In this document: positions 20,280 to 30,585 of the stretch, piece by piece
Layout: each line of letters starts with the position of its first letter
How positions within the stretch are numbered: position 1 is the stretch's first letter
NCBI GenBank assembly: GCA_021324915.1
Contig: JAJPIC010000015.1
Coordinates: 11,102 to 75,101, forward strand
DNA length: 64,000 nt
Direction of reading: 5' to 3'
Source of the DNA: Beijerinckiaceae bacterium
GTDB taxonomy: Bacteria > Pseudomonadota > Alphaproteobacteria > Rhizobiales > Beijerinckiaceae
Notes under the pieces: generated by a model
Told to the model about the DNA's origin: nothing
What the model saw: the letters and a program-made list of their open reading frames with translations, nothing else
Database searches by the model: none
Position numbers and translations under genes: made by a program

Positions 20280-21119
20280 ATGAGTGCGAAGACTTGGTTC
20301 ATCACCGGGGCATCCTCAGGCTTCGGGCGCGCCTTCGCCGAACATGCCCTGGCTCAGGGCTATAACATCGTCGCGACGGCGCGCAGCCATCCGTCGCTGC
20401 AGGAGATCGCCGCGAAGGATCCCGCACGCGTTCTGGCGCAAGCGCTCGATGTGACACGCCCGGCGGAGGTGGAAGCCGCCGTGCAGGCGACACTCGCGCG
20501 CTTTGGGCGGATCGATATTCTGATCAACAATGCGGGATATGGCATTGTCGGGGCCTTCGAAGAAACTCCGGATGCCGAGCTCCGCGCATTGATGGAGACC
20601 AACTTCTTCGGTGCCATGAATGTCACGCGCGCGATATTGCCGATCTTCCGCGCGCAACGCAGCGGCGCGGTCGTCAATATTTCGAGCCTCGGCGGCCAAT
20701 TGTCTTTCGCCGGGTTCAGCGCATATTCCGCTTCAAAATTCGCCCTCGAAGGCGTGAGCGAGGCGCTCGCGCGGGAAGTTGCGCCTTTGGGCATCAAAGT
20801 GCTGATTGTCGAGCCGGGCCAATTCCGCACCAATCTCGCCGGCCCGAGCCTGCGCCACATGCCCGTGATGGACTCTTATCGCGAGATTGTTGGCGGCTCG
20901 CGCGAGTTCGCGCGCAGCATGCATGGCACTCAGGAAGGCGATCCGCGCAAGGCCGCCGCCGCGATCGACAAAGCACTCGCGGCGCCGAATACGCCGCTGC
21001 GGCTTCAGCTCGGCGGAGACGCCGTCGATGCCATTCGCGCACATAGCGAGACATTGTTGAACGATCTCGCGGCTTGGGAAACGCTCGCACGCAGCACGCG
21101 TTTCGATGCGGACGCTTAA
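20280..21119 (+). CDS. Short-chain dehydrogenase/reductase
   Basis: ITGASSGFG, NNAGYG, YSASK, VEPGQFRT. Confidence 0.92.
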   Translation: MSAKTWFITGASSGFGRAFAEHALAQGYNIVATARSHPSLQEIAAKDPARVLAQALDVTRPAEVEAAVQATLARFGRIDILINNAGYGIVGAFEETPDAELRALMETNFFGAMNVTRAILPIFRAQRSGAVVNISSLGGQLSFAGFSAYSASKFALEGVSEALAREVAPLGIKVLIVEPGQFRTNLAGPSLRHMPVMDSYREIVGGSREFARSMHGTQEGDPRKAAAAIDKALAAPNTPLRLQLGGDAVDAIRAHSETLLNDLAAWETLARSTRFDADA

Positions 21120-21124
21120 AGTCT

Positions 21125-21445
21125 CTAGCCGGATGCTTTGACGCCGAGCGCATGAGCTTTCCGGTCGAATTCCTCGCGAATGTCTTCGATCGTCGGCAGA
21201 TGAAGATGCCGCAGCTCGCTGTGAACCTTCTTCGCGGGCGCGGAATTGAGATCGCGTTTGAAATTCGTGGCGACTTCCTCGGCCGATCCATATCCGCGGT
21301 AGCGTTCGATTTCCGACTGCGTCGCCCGCTTCACGTGTTCGAGCATGCGCTGATCGGCAGCGGATTTGCCGTCCGGCCTGGCGTGCATCACGGGGTCGAA
21401 GGCTTTGTGGATGACGAATTCAGCCAGTTCTTGCTTCGCAGCCAT
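21125..21445 (-). CDS. Hypothetical protein (106 aa)
   Basis: Clean ORF with RBS GGAGGGA; globular helical composition; no recognised family. Confidence 0.75.
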   Translation of the reverse strand: MAAKQELAEFVIHKAFDPVMHARPDGKSAADQRMLEHVKRATQSEIERYRGYGSAEEVATNFKRDLNSAPAKKVHSELRHLHLPTIEDIREEFDRKAHALGVKASG

Positions 21446-21473
21446 AGTCCCTCCGAAACAAAGTTTGGTGCAA

Positions 21474-21498
21474 AACCGGCATCGGCCGGCGAGGTTCC
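21474..21498 (-). promoter_or_regulatory. EcfG/sigmaT-type promoter GGAAC-N16-GGTT
   Basis: Matches the general-stress ECF consensus GGAAC-N16/17-(C)GTT, 28 nt upstream of the 21445 start. Confidence 0.6.
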
Positions 21499-21543
21499 AG
21501 CGCAGCCGCGCTGCGCCGAAGCCTTAACTTGCTATCGATTGAA

Positions 21544-22512
21544 TTACGGCAGGAGAACCGTCGCACCCGTCGTCTCGCGCGCTTCGAGTGCGCGATGTAC
21601 AGCCACAACATCGTTGAGCGGCCGCGTCGTGGTCGGGATCTCCACCGTGCCGTTCGCAACGACCCGGATGAGGTCGCGTGCCATTTTCTGCATATCCTTT
21701 GCATCGGCGGTGTAGGTAAAGAGCGACGGGCGCGTCGCGTAAAGCGAGCCCTTCTGGGATAACAGCCCGATGTTGAACGCCTGGATTGGACCCGAGGCGG
21801 AGCCGAAGCTCACGAACATGCCGAACGGGCGCAGGCAATCGAGGGAAGCGGGGAAAGTCGCGCGCCCAACGCCGTCATAGACCACATCGCACAATTTTCC
21901 CTTGGTGATCTCCTTGACGCGCGTAACGAAATCTTCCTCGCGGTAGAGAATGACGTCTTTGGCGCCGGCCTTTTTGGCGAGCTTCGCCTTGTCTTGCGAA
22001 CCAACCGTGCCGATCACATGGGCACCGAGCGCCTTCGCCCATTGGCAGAGAATGAGGCCGGTGCCGCCCGCAGCGGCATGGACGAGGATGCGGTCGCCCT
22101 TCTTCACTTTGTGCGTCTGACGCAGCAGATATTGAGCAGTGAGCCCCTTGAGCAGCATCGCTGCGCCCGTCTCGTAGCTGATGCTCTTCGGCAATTTGAC
22201 GACGCGCTCGGCCTCGACCGCGCGCGCCTGCGCATAAGCGCCGAGATTGGCGAGATAGGCAACGCGATCGCCGACCTTGATGTCTTTCACACGACTGCCG
22301 AGCTCGATCACTTCGCCGGCCGCCTCATTGCCCGGAATGAATGGTAGAGGCGCGGCATAGGCGCCGCTGCGATGATAGACATCGATAAAATTCACGCCGA
22401 TCGCATGATTGCGGACGAGAACTTCGCCCTCCTTCGGCGTCGGCAAATCGATTTCCTCGATTTGCATCACTTCGGGCGGTCCCGCCTCGTGCACGCGGAC
22501 GGCTTTGATCAT
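21544..22512 (-). CDS. qor: NADPH:quinone oxidoreductase (zeta-crystallin/MDR family)
   Basis: AIGVNFID, HAAAGGTG, YDGVG, SFGSASG, TTGATVL. Confidence 0.92.
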   Translation of the reverse strand: MIKAVRVHEAGPPEVMQIEEIDLPTPKEGEVLVRNHAIGVNFIDVYHRSGAYAAPLPFIPGNEAAGEVIELGSRVKDIKVGDRVAYLANLGAYAQARAVEAERVVKLPKSISYETGAAMLLKGLTAQYLLRQTHKVKKGDRILVHAAAGGTGLILCQWAKALGAHVIGTVGSQDKAKLAKKAGAKDVILYREEDFVTRVKEITKGKLCDVVYDGVGRATFPASLDCLRPFGMFVSFGSASGPIQAFNIGLLSQKGSLYATRPSLFTYTADAKDMQKMARDLIRVVANGTVEIPTTTRPLNDVVAVHRALEARETTGATVLLP

Positions 22513-22890
22513 CTCTCACTCCTCTTCAGCGCCGACGGCCGGCAACGCGCAAATTGACCATGCTCGGCTCGCAGAGCGCGCATCAATTCTGCACCCCGGC
22601 AGATCGCCCCTAGCTTTGCCAGCATCGTCAAGGCAAGTGCCTTCATGACTCATTCACCGAGAAATAGATCGTTCACCACGTCGCCGCGCGCTCGCGCAAG
22701 GGATCATTTACTCAAACCGACTGCCACAACAGATGATTTACCCAATTTGGCCTCGGGCGAGCGACCGAATGGACTTGCATAAAACTTTAGCTTTTCGCTT
22801 CCGACCTCTGCAAAAGCCCTCCTGCACATTCGCCCCCATCGAGGCGCGCGGCGGCGTGAGAGCCCTGCGCGCGGGCTTGGGAAGGGGCCA

Positions 22891-23502
22891 ATGCGCCAGG
22901 GATTCTTTTGCATCGCCTTCGTTACGGCGATGTTCATGCTCGGCTTCGGAAGGGGCGAAGCCGAAGAATTGCACGCGGGCTATGCAACGCTCGGCAGCCA
23001 AACTTCTGTTCCATACGGATGGCTCGATTTCTGCAGCCGCGAGCCGCAAGAATGCAATCAGCCTGTGCTTCGGCCGGCGGATGTCGAAGTCACGGGCGAC
23101 ACGTGGAACGTGCTCAATAAGATCAACCGGCATGTGAACCACACGATCGTGCCAATTTCCAATCTCGCGCATTGGGGTACGATGCTCGATCATTGGGACT
23201 ATCCGAAAGACGGCAAGGGCGATTGCAAGATCTACGCGCTCGAGAAGCGCCGCGAGCTGATGCAGGCGGGCCTGCCGCGTCAGGCGCTGCTCATGACCAT
23301 CGTCCGCGATCTCAACGGCGAAGGCCATGCGATCCTCACCGTCAAGACCGACAAGGGCGAGTTCATTCTGGACAATCTCACCGATCAAATTCGCCCGTGG
23401 GAAGCGACCGGCTATCATTTTCTGAAGCGTCAGTCGCAGCAGGATCCGAACGTCTGGGTCGCAATCCTGCCGCCCAAGTCCATCGTCTCGAGCCTGCAGT
23501 GA
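22891..23502 (+). CDS. Transglutaminase-like cysteine peptidase (BTLCP/LapG-like), secreted
   Basis: Signal peptide; GDCKIY..KR Cys, GHAIL His, ILDN Asp. Confidence 0.9.
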   Translation: MRQGFFCIAFVTAMFMLGFGRGEAEELHAGYATLGSQTSVPYGWLDFCSREPQECNQPVLRPADVEVTGDTWNVLNKINRHVNHTIVPISNLAHWGTMLDHWDYPKDGKGDCKIYALEKRRELMQAGLPRQALLMTIVRDLNGEGHAILTVKTDKGEFILDNLTDQIRPWEATGYHFLKRQSQQDPNVWVAILPPKSIVSSLQ

Positions 23503-23507
23503 GCCGT

Positions 23508-23536
23508 GATATGTGCCGGCCCGGCCGGCACATATC
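23508..23536. terminator. Perfect 13-bp-stem hairpin between convergent BTLCP and fabZ
   Basis: GATATGTGCCGGC-CCG-GCCGGCACATATC. Confidence 0.75.
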
Positions 23537-23571
23537 GTTTGCGAGCGCCGCCTTTTCTGACGGATTGCCGC

Positions 23572-24045
23572 TCATCCGCCTCCCTGCTCGGCCTCAATGA
23601 CGATCATGGCCGAAATTTCCGCTTCGCAAACGAGCTGCCCGTCGACGAAAGCGCGTCCGCTATACCACCAGATCGTGCGGCGGCGATTGAGCTTTTGCAT
23701 GTGGAACTCGACCCGGTCGCCGGGCACGACGGGCTTGCGAAACTTCGCCTTCTCGATGGTCATGAAATAGACCAGCGGCTGTTTTCCAAGCCCGACCGAA
23801 TTGATGCAAAGCGCCCCGGCCGTTTGCGCCATGCCTTCGATCAGAAGGACGCCCGGCATCACGGGCCGGTCCGGAAAATGCCCTTGGAACTGCGGTTCGT
23901 TCACGCTGACGTTCTTGATGCCGATGCAGGATTCATCGCTCTTCGCCTCGATGATCTTATCGACCATCAGAAATGGATAGCGATGCGGCAGGAATTTCAA
24001 GAGCCGCTGAATGTCGTAGGATTCGAGCGTCACCTGGTCCATCAT
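23572..24045 (-). CDS. fabZ: 3-hydroxyacyl-ACP dehydratase
   Basis: [29 protein letters not shown]; ATG overlaps the lpxD TGA (ATGA). Confidence 0.97.
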   Translation of the reverse strand: MMDQVTLESYDIQRLLKFLPHRYPFLMVDKIIEAKSDESCIGIKNVSVNEPQFQGHFPDRPVMPGVLLIEGMAQTAGALCINSVGLGKQPLVYFMTIEKAKFRKPVVPGDRVEFHMQKLNRRRTIWWYSGRAFVDGQLVCEAEISAMIVIEAEQGGG

Positions 24046-25103
24046 CGAGTCTCGCCTTTGCGCGCCGGCTTCTTGCCCTTGGCGAGCTTGTCGAGCATCG
24101 CCTCCCCTCGCAGCCAGGCCCGGACAGCGCGCGCCGGCGTTCCTCCCACTTGCATCCCTCCCGGTACGTCGGCGATTACACCCGCTTGCGCGGCGATTTG
24201 AGCGCCCGCTCCTATCTCGAGATGCGCGGCGAACCCCGCCTGCGCTCCCACGGTGACGAAATCGCCAAGCTCGGTCGAGCCGGAGATCCCCGCCTGCGCG
24301 ACAATCAGACAATGCCGGCCGATCCGCACGTTTTGCGCGATCTGTACGAGATTGTCGATCTTCGTGCCTTCGCCGATCACCGTATCGTGGAGCGCACCGC
24401 GATCGATCGTCGTATTCGCTCCGATCTCGACATCGTCCTGAAGGATCACCCGGCCGACTTGCGGCACTTTCAGATGATTGCCCTCGCCGGACACGAAACC
24501 GAATCCATCCTGGCCGATCGCCGCGCCGGCGTGAACGATGACGCGATTGCCGATGAGAGCATTGGCAATGCGTACCCCCGCGCCAATTGCGCAATTGCGC
24601 CCGATCTTGACGTTCGGTCCGATAACGACATTGGGCCCCACAATGGAATTGGCGCCAATCTCCGCATAGGGGCCGATGACCGTGCCCGGATCGACGATCA
24701 CGTCGTCCTCGATCCGCGCATCCGGATGAACCGACACGCCGGGGCTCACCCCATTCGAGCCGAACAGGCTGCCTGGCCGTAGTGCATCGGGATAGAGCTT
24801 TGCGAGGACGCGCGCGAAGTCGCGCGCCGGCTGCTCGGTCAAGAGCGCCAAGGTCGATCCGGGGACGCGCGCGGCAAAACGTGGCGCGATGAAACAGGCC
24901 ATTGCGCGCGTTGCGCTCAAATCCTCGAAATATTTAGGATTGTCGAAAAAGCTCAGGCTCGCGCGCGAGGCTTCCTCGAGCGGCGCCAAGCTCTCGACGA
25001 TTGCCGAAAGGTCGGCTCCGTGCGGAGCCGTCGCGCCCGTCCAGGCGACGATTTCAGCCAATGTCGGCCGAAGCGTAGAATGAAAAAAGACCGGATCGCT
25101 CAT
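24042..25103 (-). CDS. lpxD: UDP-3-O-acylglucosamine N-acyltransferase
   Basis: Hexapeptide repeats, [26 protein letters not shown]; start corrected to MSDPVFF. Confidence 0.96.
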   Translation of the reverse strand: MSDPVFFHSTLRPTLAEIVAWTGATAPHGADLSAIVESLAPLEEASRASLSFFDNPKYFEDLSATRAMACFIAPRFAARVPGSTLALLTEQPARDFARVLAKLYPDALRPGSLFGSNGVSPGVSVHPDARIEDDVIVDPGTVIGPYAEIGANSIVGPNVVIGPNVKIGRNCAIGAGVRIANALIGNRVIVHAGAAIGQDGFGFVSGEGNHLKVPQVGRVILQDDVEIGANTTIDRGALHDTVIGEGTKIDNLVQIAQNVRIGRHCLIVAQAGISGSTELGDFVTVGAQAGFAAHLEIGAGAQIAAQAGVIADVPGGMQVGGTPARAVRAWLRGEAMLDKLAKGKKPARKGETR

Positions 25104-25211
25104 CGAAAGGCGGCCATAGAAGTGCGGCCGCCTCATCTACCCCGTTTTTGCGAGCGGGGAAATGCTGCCTTCCAGTCATCACGTGAGATGCTTATCGGAA
25201 AGCGCGCCAGA

Positions 25212-27716
25212 TCAGAACGTCGTCCCGCCCGTGAAGTTGAAGATCTCGGTCTGATCATATTGGCTCTTGGTGAGCGCCTTGGCGAAGTCGAACCGGATCG
25301 GGCCCATCGGCGAGGCCCAGATCAGCGAAACGCCGACCGAGGTGCGGATATCGGGCGTATCGCCGCCGACCGTGATCGTATTGCCCTGCGTGAAGTAGGG
25401 AGCCGTATTGTATGGGATGATCGCGCACGTATAGCACGGCGTGAGGTTCGGACCGGCGAAATTGGTCTGGCCTTGATAGCCCCAGAGCGCGCCCGCGTCG
25501 AAGAAGACGCCGCCCTTCAGGCCGACCTCTTTCGGCAGGCCCCAAATCGGGAAATCGGCTTCGACCGAAGCGCCCCAATATCTCGTGCCGCCGAGCGGGT
25601 TGCCGGAGGGGTCGATACCGGGAGAGACGTCGCGCGGGCCAAGTCCGAAGGGCGCAAAACCACGGACGAGCTCCGGCCCCATGTTGAAATTGTCGATGAT
25701 GCGAAGCTGATTGCTGCCCCAGGGGAATACATATCCACCCTGCAGATGGGTGAGCCCCACGATGTCGAGATCCGAATAGAGCATCTGATAATAGCGGAAA
25801 TCGGCGGTCGTGCGGATGTAGCGTTCGGTGCCGCCCGCGCCGGCGAAATCCTGGCGCAATTCGGCGTGAATGCCGCTCGTCGGGTTCTTGTTGTTGTCGA
25901 GCGAGTTATAAGACAGCACGTAACCCGGCATCGACGTGATGGTCGTGCCCGCCGCCTGTTTCAAGGCAAGCGAGGCCTCGCCGTTGGTCAAGCAATTGTA
26001 GGCCGCGTTCGCCTGCGGAAAGCCGGCTTGCGCGTTGCCCGAGCTGTTGTTGACCGGCGTGATGAAGGGAATCGGACTGCCGGTGAATTGGCAATCGTTG
26101 TACGGGAACGTGGCCGTGTCCGGGATCGAGATATAGGACGAATAGCCCGAATAATGGGGCGAGAAAGTAATCTCCTCGGTGATCGGCAAGCCGGCGCGCA
26201 ACGTGCCGCCGACCATGAAGTCGTTGTAGAAGGCGAATTGCGAGACCATGCTGTTCTTGGCGAAAACGTCGATGCCCGCCGCGATCCGATGGTCGAGGAA
26301 ATAAGGTTCGGTGAAGGAGAAGGTGACGCCTTCGGCATATTGGCCGACCATCACGGACACGCGGGCGAACTGGCCGCGACCCATGAAGTTGCTCTCCTGG
26401 ACCGATACTTCGCCGATGACTCCGTCGACGGTCGAATAGCCGCCGGAGACCGAGAACTGGCCGGTCGGCTGGTCTTCGACCGTCACGACGATGACCACGC
26501 GATCGGGCGCCGAGCCGGGTTCGTTGGTGATCGTCACCTTCTTGAAGAAGCCGAGATTGTTCAGCCGCCGCTCGGCGCGGTCGATCAAGACTTTGTTGTA
26601 GGCGTCGCCCTCGGCAATGTCGAATTCACGCCGGATGACGTAATCGCGCGTGCGCGTATTGCCGCGAATGTCGATCCGCTCGATGTAGACGCGCGGCCCC
26701 TGATCGATGACGAAGGCGATTCGCACCGTGCGCGTGGTCGGGTCGCGATCGCCGCGCGGATGTACGTTTGAGAAGGGATAGCCGCGCCGGCCGAGCTCGA
26801 GAGTGAGCGCCTCGGTGGTTTTCTGGACCTGATCGCCGTCATAGGTCTGGCCGGAAGAGATGCGCAAGAACGGACGCAAAGCGTTCGAATCGATGCCGGG
26901 AATATTCGACTGAACATCGACGGCGGCGACGCGATATTGCGGGCCCTCCTCGACGGTGATCGTGATGACGTAGCCCTTGAGCGCCGGGTCGTAGCGCGCA
27001 TCCGAACCGATCACACGGAAGTCGGCGTAGCCATTCTTGAGATAGAATCGGCGGATGAGCTCGAGGTCGGAGGCAAGCCGGTCGGGATCGTAGACGTCGG
27101 TGTTTTTGAAGAAGGACAGCCAGTTCATCTCGGTTGTCGACATGAGGTCGCGCAGCCGACCCGAGGAGAAGACGTGGTTGCCGACGAAGACGATGGACTT
27201 CACGCCGGTCTTCGGACCTTCGTCGATGTGAAAGACGACATCGACACGGCCATTGGGGAGGTTGACGATTCGGTAAGTCACCGTCGCGGCAGCCTCGCCC
27301 GCGCGCCGGTAAAGGTCTTTGATTCGCTCGACGTCGGCATCGACGATCGTCTGGCTGAACGGGCCATGCGACTTCGACTGGATTTCCTGGGCGAGCTGGT
27401 CGGACTTGATCTTGCTGTTGCCCTCGAAGACCACCCGGTTGATCAGATTGTTCTCTTTAACCCGGATGACGACGCGGCCGCCCGCATGCACGACCTGGAT
27501 GTCGGAAAAGAGGCCCGTCGCGTAGAGGTTCTTGACCCCTTCGTTGACGGCCGCCGGCTCGCCGCTCGTAAAGAACGATTCGATGGTCTCGGTATCGACG
27601 CGCTGATTGCCTTCGACTTCGACGCCGGCGGCAAAAGCCGGGACGGAGGCGAGAAACGGCGCGACGACGAGAAAGGCGAGAAGCCACCGGAACAAGTGAG
27701 CCCGATCAAATCGCAT
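25212..27716 (-). CDS. bamA: Outer membrane protein assembly factor BamA
   Basis: POTRA repeats (GNQRV, GNSKI, GNHVF, GNTRTRDYVIRRE), VRGF motif, SPMGPIRFD, terminal F. Confidence 0.97.
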   Translation of the reverse strand: MRFDRAHLFRWLLAFLVVAPFLASVPAFAAGVEVEGNQRVDTETIESFFTSGEPAAVNEGVKNLYATGLFSDIQVVHAGGRVVIRVKENNLINRVVFEGNSKIKSDQLAQEIQSKSHGPFSQTIVDADVERIKDLYRRAGEAAATVTYRIVNLPNGRVDVVFHIDEGPKTGVKSIVFVGNHVFSSGRLRDLMSTTEMNWLSFFKNTDVYDPDRLASDLELIRRFYLKNGYADFRVIGSDARYDPALKGYVITITVEEGPQYRVAAVDVQSNIPGIDSNALRPFLRISSGQTYDGDQVQKTTEALTLELGRRGYPFSNVHPRGDRDPTTRTVRIAFVIDQGPRVYIERIDIRGNTRTRDYVIRREFDIAEGDAYNKVLIDRAERRLNNLGFFKKVTITNEPGSAPDRVVIVVTVEDQPTGQFSVSGGYSTVDGVIGEVSVQESNFMGRGQFARVSVMVGQYAEGVTFSFTEPYFLDHRIAAGIDVFAKNSMVSQFAFYNDFMVGGTLRAGLPITEEITFSPHYSGYSSYISIPDTATFPYNDCQFTGSPIPFITPVNNSSGNAQAGFPQANAAYNCLTNGEASLALKQAAGTTITSMPGYVLSYNSLDNNKNPTSGIHAELRQDFAGAGGTERYIRTTADFRYYQMLYSDLDIVGLTHLQGGYVFPWGSNQLRIIDNFNMGPELVRGFAPFGLGPRDVSPGIDPSGNPLGGTRYWGASVEADFPIWGLPKEVGLKGGVFFDAGALWGYQGQTNFAGPNLTPCYTCAIIPYNTAPYFTQGNTITVGGDTPDIRTSVGVSLIWASPMGPIRFDFAKALTKSQYDQTEIFNFTGGTTF

Positions 27717-28145
27717 CTACGCCAGGCCCCCGCATCTTTGCGCTCTGGTTATGGCCGAGGACCAGCCAAGCGGCTCGCCCTCGACAGCCACGATCATGTC
27801 CGGCCGAAATTCGGTCCCTCGGCAGGGCCTGAAAATCGCCCGGGGAATCGGACGGGCTTGGCAGCCGCACCCTTGTTTCATCGACGGTTTCTGCCGCCGA
27901 CCCCTCACACCCCAAGCTTCGCTTCTACAAGGTTTGTCAGGCCCTGCAAATGGAGTTTGCAGAGAAGCGATCTTTTTCGAAACTGCGTGACGAGTAAGAC
28001 ACGCCTGCATGTCAGCGCCGCGCTACCCTGAGGACGTGCGGCGGCGCCTTGCGCGCAAAGACTGTCATGATCCCCCTCCGCGGGCTTGCCCGCTATCCCA
28101 AATCCCGATGCGCCCTCACCCGTGCGGCGCAAATTCCCCGGTGCC

Positions 28146-29273
28146 TCACTTGGTGAGGCGAAGAATGTCGTTGTAGGTGGCGAGAATCATCAGCCCGACC
28201 ACCAAAGTGAGCCCGATTCGGAAGCCGACTTGCTGAACCCTTTCGTTGAGCGCTTTCCCGCGTATGGCTTCGACGGCGTAGTAGAACAAATGCCCGCCGT
28301 CGAGCAGCGGGATCGGCAGCAGATTTAAGATCCCAATGGAAATTGACAAAACAGCGGCAAGATTGAGAAGCGCAGCAATGCCGATCTTCGCCATTTCGCC
28401 GGAAACCTCGGCGATTCGGATCGGGCCCGACAACTGGTCGGTCGATTCGCGCCCGGTAAACAAACGGCCGGCATAAGATCCAGTCTGTTCGATGATGAAC
28501 CAGGTCTGCCCAACGGCGAGCCGTGTCGAATCGAAAAGATTGTAATGCTGGACGTGCCAGTTGGCGACGCTGGCATTGGCTTCGACGCCGAGCACGCCGG
28601 CCCGTGAGGTCCCGAACGGGGTCGAGACGTCGCGGCGGCGCGGCGTTGCAACCAGGGTGACCTCTTTGCCGTGCCGATCGACGATGAAGGTCAGCGGCGA
28701 ATCGCTCGAGGTCTGAACGATTCGCTGCATGTCCTCGAAACTGTCGATCTTATTGCCGTCGATCGAAACCACGATGTCGCCGGGCGCAAAGCCAGCGGCT
28801 TCCGCCGCACTGCCGGGCATGACCTTGTCGATCTCGGGCACGAGCACGCCCCGGCCGTGGACCAAGTAGATGCCGGTGAAAATGACGATGGCGAGAAGGA
28901 AATTCGCGATCGGCCCCGCCGCGACGATGGCGGCCCGCTTCCAGACGCTTTGCGCAAAGAAGGTCTGAGCCTTTTCCCCTGCCGGCATTTCCGCGATCGA
29001 GGCTTCGTCACTCATCGAGGCGCCGTTGAGATCCCCGTGGAATTTCACGTATCCGCCAAGCGGCAGCATGCCGACCCGCCAGCGCGTGTCCTTGCGGTCG
29101 ACGAAATGCGCGACTTCCGGCCCGAAGCCGAGCGAAAAGGCATCAACCTTGACCCCGCAGAGACGGCCGACAAGGAAATGGCCAAGCTCATGGAAGAAGA
29201 TGACGATGCTGAGGACGAACAGGAAGGGTACGATTGTCCCGAACACAGACCCGAATTGGCTGGCAAACAGCAT
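28146..29273 (-). CDS. rseP: Site-2 intramembrane zinc metalloprotease
   Basis: FFHELGH, AAGPIANF, PDZ domain, NLLPIPLLDGGH. Confidence 0.96.
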   Translation of the reverse strand: MLFASQFGSVFGTIVPFLFVLSIVIFFHELGHFLVGRLCGVKVDAFSLGFGPEVAHFVDRKDTRWRVGMLPLGGYVKFHGDLNGASMSDEASIAEMPAGEKAQTFFAQSVWKRAAIVAAGPIANFLLAIVIFTGIYLVHGRGVLVPEIDKVMPGSAAEAAGFAPGDIVVSIDGNKIDSFEDMQRIVQTSSDSPLTFIVDRHGKEVTLVATPRRRDVSTPFGTSRAGVLGVEANASVANWHVQHYNLFDSTRLAVGQTWFIIEQTGSYAGRLFTGRESTDQLSGPIRIAEVSGEMAKIGIAALLNLAAVLSISIGILNLLPIPLLDGGHLFYYAVEAIRGKALNERVQQVGFRIGLTLVVGLMILATYNDILRLTK

Positions 29274-29345
29274 TGAGCTTCCCTTGCTGACGCGCCCTTG
29301 GGCGGCTTTCGTTTCGCTGGGCGCGGACCGGCGCGCCGACCTTGG

Positions 29346-30581
29346 TTAGCGAATCGTTAACATGCCGGAAGCAATTGGCCGCGCCAAGAGGGTGCGTGCC
29401 TTTTCTCTAGCCGTATGGTCAATGGCCAGCGCTTCCTCAACCGATAGAGGTTCGCGTGCCGTCCCGTCGGCAAGCGCCGCCTCGCAACAGAGCTCGACCA
29501 GCCGGGCGATCTCGTGAAAAGAGATCTGCCGGGCAAGAAAAGCTTCAACCGCGACCTCATTGGCGGCATTGAGGACTGTTGGCAGGCCGCGGCCCTCTTT
29601 GAGGCAGTCGAGCGCCACCCGCAGAGCCGGAAACCGTTCGAAATCAGGCCGCTCGAAGCTGAGCTGGCCGACGCTCGCAAGGTCGAGCCGTCGCGCCGCC
29701 GTTTCCTGCCGGCCGGGATAGAAAAGACAATGGGCGATCGGCACCCGCATGTCCGGCGCGGCGAGGCCGGCGATCACCGAGCCATCCCTGAATGCGACGA
29801 GCCCGTGGACAATCGATTGGGCATGGACCAGGACCTCGAGCCGTTCCGGCTCAACTCCAAAAATATGATGTGCTTCAATAAGTTCCAAGCCTTTGTTCAT
29901 GAGGCTTGCCGAATCGATCGTGACCTTCCGCCCCATCGACCAGTTCGGATGGCGCAAAGCTTCCTCGGGCGTTGCCTTGGCGATCGCTTCGGCCGACCAG
30001 GTACGGAACGGGCCGCCCGAGGCGGTCAGTATGATCTTCTCGACCATGCCCGGCTCGGATGTGCCGAGCGCCTGAAAAATTGCATTGTGCTCGCTGTCGA
30101 CCGGCAGAAGCCGCGTGCCGGCTGCCGCTGCCTGGCGGACGAAAGCCGGTCCCGCACAAACGAGGCATTCCTTGTTGGCAAGCGCCACGGTGCGGCCGGC
30201 CGCAAGTGCGGCAAAGGTCGGCTCGACTCCGGCCGTGCCGGCAATTGCCGCCATGACGATTTCAGCCGGATAGAGAGCCGCCTCCACGACGGCGGCAGGT
30301 CCCGCGGCCGCCTTGATCCCGCTGCCGGCGAGAGCCGATTTTAGCTCGTTGTAACCCGAAGCATCGGCAAGCGCGGCGAACGAGGCGCCAAGATGACGTG
30401 CGACCTGCGCCAAGGCGATCGGATCGCGACCGCCTGCGACCGCCGTGACGCGCAAGGCGCCTTTGGAGCCCGCAACAATATCGGCCGTCGATTTGCCGAT
30501 CGATCCCGTCGCTCCGAGAATCACAAGCGAGCGGGCGGCGCCGTCGGGCACCTCGTGCACCAATTCCGATTGTGCCGCCAT
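29346..30581 (-). CDS. dxr: 1-deoxy-D-xylulose-5-phosphate reductoisomerase
   Basis: LGATGSIG, LANKE, LPVDSEH, HPNWSMGRKVTIDSA; start corrected to MAAQSEL. Confidence 0.97.
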   Translation of the reverse strand: MAAQSELVHEVPDGAARSLVILGATGSIGKSTADIVAGSKGALRVTAVAGGRDPIALAQVARHLGASFAALADASGYNELKSALAGSGIKAAAGPAAVVEAALYPAEIVMAAIAGTAGVEPTFAALAAGRTVALANKECLVCAGPAFVRQAAAAGTRLLPVDSEHNAIFQALGTSEPGMVEKIILTASGGPFRTWSAEAIAKATPEEALRHPNWSMGRKVTIDSASLMNKGLELIEAHHIFGVEPERLEVLVHAQSIVHGLVAFRDGSVIAGLAAPDMRVPIAHCLFYPGRQETAARRLDLASVGQLSFERPDFERFPALRVALDCLKEGRGLPTVLNAANEVAVEAFLARQISFHEIARLVELCCEAALADGTAREPLSVEEALAIDHTAREKARTLLARPIASGMLTIR

Positions 30582-30585
30582 CAGC

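Noticed and set aside
25020-26771. 583-aa plus-strand ORF (likewise 36470-38023, 40055-41449, 12121-13437, 59131-60543)
   Set aside because: Antisense mirrors of bamA, the TonB receptor, catalase, the transglutaminase and the CheB-like gene.
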